Positions 53,570 through 64,000 of a stretch of 64,000 nucleotides of DNA are shown here, piece after piece. The stretch is from the human T2T-CHM13v2.0 reference genome, Homo sapiens. A program made the translations under genes and the position numbers. The stretch is from the NCBI RefSeq assembly GCF_009914755.1, contig NC_060931.1. One strand, 5' to 3'. A model generated the notes under the pieces. The model ran no database searches and was not told the DNA's origin. It saw only the letters and a list, made by a program, of their open reading frames with translations. The stretch's first letter is position 1. Every line of letters begins with the position of its first letter.

Positions 53570-53900
53570 ATTTCTATTTTATTTTATTTTATTTATTTTT
53601 GAGACAGAGTCTTACTCTGTCACTCAGGCTAGAGGGCAGTGGTGTGATCTTGGCTCACTGCAACCTCTGCACCCTGGGCTCAAGTGATTCTCCTGCCTCA
53701 GCCTCCCAAGTAGCTGGGATTACAGGCTCACACCACCACGCCAAGCTATTTTTTGTATTTTTAACCTTGCCCAGGCTGGAGTGCCGGACAAGGTTTCATT
53801 ACGTTGGCGAGGCTGGTCTCAAACTCCTGACCTCAAGTGATCCACCTGCCTCAGCCTCCCAAGGTGCTGGGATTACCGGCGTGAGCCACCGTGCGTGGCC
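53570..53900 (-). mobile_element. AluS with an anomalous linker
   Basis: Dimer with TSD ctc(g/a)gtggtagtttt. Confidence 0.88.
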
Positions 53901-54726
53901 TCAGTGGTAGTTTTATTTCTCCTGGCATGAAGGTGCTTAGGAAGCATCAGCCATGGTGTGCATGCATGTGTACACATGTGAGCACACAGTCTTCCCCCGT
54001 CCTGTCATCTGCATTTCCACCATCTTTGTCCCTTCACCAGACAATGGCAAAAGACAGGACCAAAACTCCAGTTGCTTAAAGACCCAAAACATGGATCTAT
54101 AGTGGACCAAGGGGTCCCCAAAACCGTGGTCAGAATGACAACTCAGAATATCCCCCAGGACGTCAAGGAAGCCAGGCAGGACAAGGCCTGTCACAGACTG
54201 GACAAGAGACACAGACACCCAGGGCTCTGTTTTATGGCTTTGCGATGTCGGCGGCTGTCCCACTCTGTGCTTACGGTTGGGGTCAGCAGTGAGGTGCTGA
54301 TTTCCTGTATTTGCCACTACCCAGAGGGCATGGGGCTCCAGGTTAAGATGGATGACAGCACTTCAAAGATGAATGGAGTGAACATTGGGAAGTTAGGGAG
54401 CTGTGCAGCGGCCATTATCTCTGAGTGTCCTCACACCAGGGCCTAGGATCTGAAAAGGTCTCAGGGCCCCCAGGCGTTCCATGGGCCATACTTTGAAAAC
54501 CACAGCAGAAGAGCATAACCAAGGGAGGGCTGTGTAGAGAAGAGCAGCTGTGAGGCCGGTGCGTTCATGGGGTTCTAGGTATAATTAAGGGCTGTTTTAC
54601 CTTTCTGTTAGGGCCCAAGGGAAATTAAACCTGGCCTTATACCAATTGCAAGGGGAAAAAAATGACGTAAAAGAGAATGGAGAAAAATGATGGTTTCATC
54701 AGTAAGTGTCATTCACTGCTGTAGAG

Positions 54727-55735
<1,009 letters not shown>

Positions 55736-55957
55736 TGATCATGTAATGGAAGCCTGGGAAGGTTCTGATTGACTGGCCCTCGGGAACCCTGGGTTTGAGC
55801 TCAGAGCCCATGAGCTGTGTGATTGCAAGCAGGTACTTCTCCTTTCGGGACCTCACTTTTCCAGTTTATGAAACACATGACTTCAGCAGTCTCCAAAGCG
55901 CTGACAGTCTGTGTTTCTCTGAGACTTAAACTGGAGAGACCAGATGCCTTTCCCATC

Positions 55958-56638
<681 letters not shown>

Positions 56639-57494
56639 CACTATTTATTATGTTCTCTAATCCTGAGTCCAGGCATCTTTTCCAGGCTGTTGCTTTGAAC
56701 TCAGGTTTACCTCTTTGTTTTCAAGATAATTGCTCTAGAAGCTGAATGACCACTATTTGGAGATGTAAGCTAAAGATTCTTCTGGAAGAATACACCATCT
56801 GGACAGCTCAGGAGCCCTGAGTGCTGAAAGTTTCTGTGATGTTCATTCGCTTTGTCTGTTATCCAAGGGGAGAGAAAATGAGACACAATGGGCATCTTCA
56901 GGGTAGAACTACACCACCTTTGATTAAAGAGAAATCAAGAAATGAAGTTGAATTTCTGATGTCTGCTTACTCTCATGCTGAGCCTTGCAGAGGGAGAATG
57001 ACTACAGCCTAGAGCTGATGGCTTCAGGAGCTGTAGTGTTTATCAGATTTGCTCCATGGGTGGCCAAAGCTGGGTGATGGGGTCTCAATGGCCAGGACTG
57101 GGCGCCCCAGGAACCTCAGGCCTTTCTGCATCAGCACAGATGCTTATCCATTGACTTCCAGTCACTTGTGACCTCGGGGTAAAGGAACATGAATTAAGAA
57201 AACCTCAGGCTCAGTTTTTCCCCAAAGTATGTTGCATGGAATACAGTTTCATGGGTTGTCATAGGTCTTCTGCAAAAAATAAAGGAGTTTCGTGAACAGA
57301 CACGTTTGGAAGCTTGTGACTTAAACAGAGTTAAGTGGGCTTCACCGCTGAGTGCAACGTGGTCTCCCCAGCATCTTTACAATGCTGTGTTCATTACAAA
57401 TATGTATATGAGAAAGGGGCATTTCCCAAACCGGTGCTTCTGCAGATGGGTTTGCTATGCTAGGTTACCCACACTGGAGCAACAGCCTTTCCAG

Positions 57495-57615
57495 GGGAGG
57501 ATTGCTTGAGCCCAGGAGTTCGAGGCCACAGTGACCTGTGGTTGCACCATTGTGCCCTAGCCTGGGCAACAGAGACAGACCCGGTCTCGAAAAGAAAATA
57601 AAAGGAAAAGAAAGA
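57495..57615 (+). mobile_element. Alu monomer (FRAM-like)
   Basis: TSD AACAGCCTTTCCAG on both sides. Confidence 0.88.
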
Positions 57616-58059
57616 AACAGCCTTTCCAGATGACCTTCAGAGCTTGCCATGGCTGCCTTGAGATACCCCAATGGCGGGCAGTGGGCAGTCAAAGGGCAAA
57701 TGGCCAGAGTAGTGAGAACAGTGGAGGCCATCAACAGAGGTACAACCACGGCCTCCCCCTCCTTTTCATCTGTCAAAGAACCACAAGACCTGTCCGGTAG
57801 ACAATAGATAACAAGACCTACTACATCCACAGTATCCACAGTTCTTTTTTTGTTTGTTCAAATCATTGTCATACCCTAACTCTAACGGACAAGGGAAATA
57901 AAAGAAAGGTAATTTACAATAACATGTATATTGCAACGCTCCGACTCAGCTATCAACTGCCAAGAACAATGCCCCCCCGCCCCATAGACTTGTACATCCC
58001 TCCTGGGCCAGAGCCAGCTCTCCTAAGACCATAACAGTTCTTTTCGAACTATTTATAGC

Positions 58060-58306
58060 CTGTATCCTTATTAGGAGTGATACGGCTGCCAACAGGGCAA
58101 TAATTGGTTCTTGAAGGGGGGTGCAAAAGAGTATTACACTTTTATGTGTAAATCACAGATACACATACAGCATGCAAGCAGATATACAGCGCATCTGTGG
58201 TATTAAAATTTCATAGTGGGAGCAGGTAGGGGATCTCAGGGGGAAAAAAAGTCTAAAAATGCCTCATAGAGAGGTGATAATGAAAAAAAAAGGCTGAGAG
58301 ACACTG
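58060..58306. mobile_element. MER112-like hAT relic
   Basis: aagcagatatacagcgcatctgtggtattaaaatttcat..gataatgaaaaaaaaaggctgagagacactg. Confidence 0.55.
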
Positions 58307-58487
58307 ATGTGGAGTGAAGGACCAGATCTTATTTCCAATCTATCACGCAATGATACTTTTATAAAATATAGTAAAAGTGAATTCCTAGAAAAATAAAATA
58401 GGAAAAAGAGAAACAAATGTTAAGCTCCACGTTTTTATTATTGGATTCAACCGACATAAATTTGCTCTATTGAATTGCTAGAAATGC

Positions 58488-59156
<669 letters not shown>

Positions 59157-59647
59157 TCAGACTGTTTTTGGATGGGGAGTAGTCCATGGGCCACGCCCCT
59201 ATCTGGGGGCACTGAGGGTAGAGAAGCAGGGCCTAGAAGAGGGGTCTAGAAGGGTCAAGAGGAGTTGGCTGGTGGAGAAGAAGGAAAGATTGTTTCAGAG
59301 AGAGGACCCTAGCAGAGGCACCAAGCAGGAAGTGCATGGCACCTGTGGAGTGGCCAGTGGCAAGTTAGGGTTCTAGCAGAGAGTGAGGGGGCTGAGGAAG
59401 AGGGGAGGCCAGGCAGGAGGACAGATCAAGCTGCTCCAGCCAGGAGCCAGCCCACAATCCTGCGGGCTGCATTCACACCGTGTTCTGTTAATAACCAAGT
59501 GGAGCTTCATGCTTTGGGGTCATTGAGAATCTGATGACATCTACCTATGCACCCTGTCCTGAAGACATTACAAACTCAGAACATCATCTAACAATCTTGG
59601 GAGCTGGTTTTGGGATCCCTTAAAGCTTATCTAAAATCTCTAGGTTC

Positions 59648-60092
59648 GTTTTTATTTTTATTTTCAGTTGTATTTTGAGACAGGGTCTCGCTTTGTCACC
59701 CAGAATCAAGTGTGATCATGGCTCACTGTACCCTCAAATTCCTGGGCTCAAACAATCTTCCCACCTCAGCCTCTTGAGTAGCGGGGACTGTGGGCACTTG
59801 TCCCAACTAATTATTTATTTATTTTTGGAGAATTGGGAGTTGGGAGGTCTTGCTATGCTGCCCATGCTAGTCTTGAACTCCGGGCCTCAAGCAATCCCCC
59901 TGCCTCAGCTTCCCAAGTAGCTGGGACAGCAGGCACAAGCCACCATGCCTGAATTATATTTTTAAACTTTTTTATAGAGAGGCAGTCTTGCTGTATTTCC
60001 CAGGCTGGTCTCTAACTCCTGAACTCAAGCAGTCCTCCCATCTTGGCCTCCCAAAGGGCTGGGATTATTAGTGTGAGCCACTATACCAGGCC
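59648..60092 (-). mobile_element. Composite (three-arm) AluJ
   Basis: Right arm, hybrid arm and left arm in antisense orientation. Confidence 0.75.
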
Positions 60093-61111
60093 AAAGTCAC
60101 CAGGTTCACAATACCTCCCAAACAGTTGAGCTGATAAACCCTCCTCATGTACTCATTCCTTCTAGTCCATGTTTATTATATCGTAACTTTGTGCTGACTC
60201 CAGTACTATCAGGCCTGCCAGATAGACACAGGACTGACACCACCCAGAGATCATTAGCCTGGGATCCAGACATCCAGGGGCAATGCTGAGACTAAAGCCA
60301 ACTCCTGAACTCAAGCAGTCCTCCCACCTTGGCCTCCCAAAGGGCTGGGATTATAGGTGTGAGCCACTACACCAGGCCAAAGTCACCAGGTTCACAATAC
60401 CACCTAAACAGCCCTTTCTTCAGATAACTGAAAAGATGCTCTTACAAGGACCATTAAGGCTCAAGATAAGGAACAGCCTTCGCTTGGCAAACTCCCGTGC
60501 CAAAAAAGCCAAGGATAAACTCAGAACATCCAGTCTGGATGAAGGTCTCAGCATTGCCCTAACACACCCATAAGGCCCCCAGTGCACTGATCCCCTCCTC
60601 CTTTCCTTGACCTCTTTTTGTCTGGCTGACTCTGCATTTCTATCTCTTTTCATGGACCCTAATGAGTTTCACCGGGTAGCTATGGTGGCCAAGGACACTC
60701 AGAACCGGAATTTCATTGATGCTTGTTAGGATTGATACCCATTTAGTGGACAATCTCATCAATGTTTGCATGGAATGTAAAAATCAGCCAGCAAATGGAA
60801 ACATACCCAGAGAGGCAGCTGGTGTAATTGGCCCTCACAAACACATGAGAAGTGCTCTTCTAAAAATACCAGGGCACCTCATACTGAAAGGCAGGCCAGA
60901 GACTGAATTCAGCAAGAGCTGAAAACAGCCAGGACAAAGTGTTTGGATCTTCCAGTGCAATCCGGAAATCATGGAGCTTGATATTGAGGACCCAAGGGAG
61001 AAGTGCCATTTCAGATTTAAAGAAAATAAGCAAATTTGAGATAGGCCACGTCGTTAGAATACTACCCAAGAATAGTATGTGTTGATGCTGATAAATTAGG
61101 GTACAGGTACT

Positions 61112-61945
61112 TCAATTCGTTTATTCATTCAGTTGTTCAATGAGCACTTACTGGGTACCAGGCCCTATTCTGGCCCTGGGAATGCAGGAAGGAACAGAAC
61201 AGATACAATTCCTGCCTGTTGCAGTGGACAATGAGCAAATAAATACATAATTTGGAGAAAGGAGAGAGAGATTGGAAGGGAGAGGGGAGATTGTTTTGCA
61301 TTCTGTAGCCAGGGAACATTGTGGTGTAAGGAAGTGTTTAAGTAGTAAATCTTTTATTTTTATTTTTACTTTTTTTTTTTTTCTTGAGACAATTGCCCTG
61401 TTGCCCAGGCTGGAGTGCAGTGGTATGATCATAGCTCACTGTAGCCTCAACCTCCTGGGCTCAAGCGATCCTCCCATTTCTACCTCCTGAGTAGCTGGTA
61501 CTGATGGACATGCATGACCACACCCAGCTAATTTTTAATATTTTGTAGAGAGGTCTCACTATGTTGCCCAGGCTGGTCTGGAATTCCTGGGCTTCAGCTA
61601 TCATCCCTTATTGGCCTCCCAAAGCACTGGGATTAGGTGTGAGCCACCATGCCCAGACTCAGTAGTAAATCTGAATGAAGTAAGGGAACAAGTCTTGTGG
61701 GCTTCTGGAGGAAGAATATTCCATGTGGGAAGGATGGGAAATTCAACAGCCCTTCAACAAGAACAAGCTTGGTCCAGTTGAGGAAGAGCAAGGAGGCCAC
61801 TGTGGCCGGAGTGGCATCAGCAAAGGTGAGAGTGAGAGGAGATAAGGGAAGGAAGGAGGAGGATGAACCATTTGCCATCATGTAGATCTTGGTGTGTACT
61901 CTGAGTAGAATGGGAGCCATGGGAGGGTTTTGAGCTGAGGTGCAA
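61112..61945. mobile_element. L2a relic with an antisense AluJ at 61350-61657
   Basis: ttcattcagttgttcaatgagcacttactgggtaccaggccctattct..gaggaagagcaaggaggccactgtggc..gggagccatgggagggttttgagc; Alu TSD AGTAGTAAATCT. Confidence 0.8.
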
Positions 61946-61947
61946 TA

Positions 61948-62218
61948 TTGGGATGGTTAATTTCATAGGTAAATTTCACTGGTCGCAGGGTGCCCGGATT
62001 AAATATTAATTCTGCACGTGTCTGTGCTGGTGTTTTCAGAAGAGATTAGCATTTGAATGGGTTAACTCGCCCAGCTGAGTTATTCTTTTTTTGTGTGTGT
62101 AGAGACAGGGGTCTTGCTCTGTTGCCCAGGCTGGTCTCAAACTCCTGGCCTCAAGCAATTCTCTGGCCTTGTTCACCCAAAATGCTGGGATGACAGGTGT
62201 GAGCCACTGCATCCAGCC
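61948..62218. mobile_element. MLT2 LTR 5' fragment (about 61948-62065) and antisense FLAM (62085-62218)
   Basis: gatggttaatttcat..gtgtctgtg..agagattagcatttgaat, followed by an Alu left monomer. Confidence 0.65.
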
Positions 62219-62234
62219 CTTTAAAGAAGGCTTT

Positions 62235-62330
62235 AAAGGACCTGAAGATGTTTAGTCTAAAAAAAAAAAGAAAAAGAAAAAAGACTGGGGCTGAGAGAGC
62301 CCTTTCTTCAGATACCTGAAAAGATGCTCT
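62235..62330. mobile_element. L3/CR1-like relic
   Basis: gatgtttagtct..aagactgggg..tcttcagatacctgaa resembles the CR1/L3 3' ORF2 consensus (gatgtttagcctggagaagagaagactg..tcttcaaatatctgaa). Confidence 0.45.
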
Positions 62331-62988
62331 TACAAGGACCATTAAGGCTCAAGATAAGGAACAGCCTTGTGTCCGGCCAAGCTTTTCCACTGTGGAGCAG
62401 GCTGCTTTTCCACTGTGAGCTTTTGTCCCTGGAAGCAAGGCCCTGGGGGACCACCTGCAGGGTGCCGGGAGCACTGGGATCTGCCTGCCCTATTTCAGGT
62501 TGTCCATGCATGCATTCATTCCTGTGATATGGATGGGATTCCCATTGCCCGGTGTTGGGGTTCGAATATTACACAAGATCCAGCCCTAGCCCTCAAAGAA
62601 AGGAGAAGGCAGTAGGTGCTCTGATGGGGTGAGAGTGTCCATGAGGGGCCCTGTTCTGACTTGGGTGAGTAGAGTGATATCTACGACCAAGCTCAAAAGC
62701 ACAAGCACTTTCAGCCGAGCTGAATACATCTAATGCATCTGTGGGTCTGTGTGTGTTGGGGACAAGGATGAGGAGAGAATCTGGGACCACGCTAGACATG
62801 GATGGAAAATACAACCAGAATGTAGCAAGTGAGAAGGGCTGGTGGAAACTCCTTCTCTCAGGGCCCAGACCAGGGGGAGGATTGTGAGCCCGGGGAACCT
62901 GTCTTTATTTCAACTTCTGACATTTTGCTCACCGTGGATTTTCTGCATGATTTTTGATTTATTAAACATTGCATCAAAATACTATTTA

Positions 62989-63315
<327 letters not shown>

Positions 63316-64000
63316 TTAGTTCTAGGGGGTGCTTAAATGTGGTTCACAGAGAATGGCACTGGGAAGGTGTCAGTGAAGAAAACATAGTCCCTGCCATTCT
63401 CACTCGCCATGTCCCAGGCACAGCCCGGCTGTGGGTTGGGAAGGTTTCCCAATATGGAACACTCTAGTGCAATGTGGGGAGTTTGCATCATAAAATCATA
63501 GGATGGGGCTTCAAATCATGGCCTGCCTAACCTGACCCCCTGCAAAGGGGCAGACTGAGGCTACGCAGTTTGTCCTGGGGGCCGGGATAGCTCTCCTGTC
63601 GGCTGATGGCTTGGGGAGGATTCTCCCGAAGTCCTTATTCAGAAGCAAACTTCTTTTACCAGGCAGGGAGTGTTAAAGGGAAATGTGGCCGAGGAAATGA
63701 ATGCGGCTGTCAGTATTTACCGGCTCATTATTTATTTATTTATGTAGGGGATTTCTGTTCTCTCTGCTAATCTTCATATAACATGCCTCATTGCCCTCTG
63801 AGGGCCCCGAGAGGATCCTCGCAGCATTTGTAGGGTGGAATTTGTTCTTGAAGCTCTGTTTCTGGTTGCTCATTCCTCGCTTCCTTGCAAATACCAGAGA
63901 GGAAATGAGTCATCTCAGAGACAAGCCTCTCACTCATTCCTACCAGCTGCTGGCAAATCCAAGGCGTAATTGGCATTTGCAGGTAGGGTCCAAAGGAAAA

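Overview
Primate (most likely human) intronic DNA. The only coding sequence I can support is one 118-bp internal exon on the + strand (1399-1516). It encodes the Gal/GalNAc-T motif of a Y-subfamily polypeptide GalNAc-transferase that I recognise as GALNT17 (WBSCR17, human 7q11.22). The rest is the end of the upstream intron and more than 62 kb of one downstream intron; no next exon is visible. The intron holds about 50 Alus, L1PA16/L1PB1/L1M fragments, MaLR and MLT2 LTRs, DNA transposon relics (MER20, MER5A, Tigger4a, Charlie4a, MER112), MIR/L2/CR1 relics, microsatellites, two minisatellites and an AT-rich island. Nearly all ORFs in the supplied track are Alu, L1 or simple-repeat artefacts. 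I found no novel gene system, RNA gene or CRISPR array. The most interesting signals are structural: (1) a 1.6-kb 25/50-bp quasi-palindromic minisatellite that appears to have grown out of a MIR tail; (2) a MER20 with an internal fold-back duplication; (3) a two-template composite insertion at 60300-60480; (4) several other short, locally templated duplications and stacked palindromes; (5) a 22-bp VNTR just upstream of the exon's branch point. Repeat subfamily calls come from remembered consensus sequences, and repeat boundaries are approximate (about +/-10-30 bp) unless a TSD is quoted.
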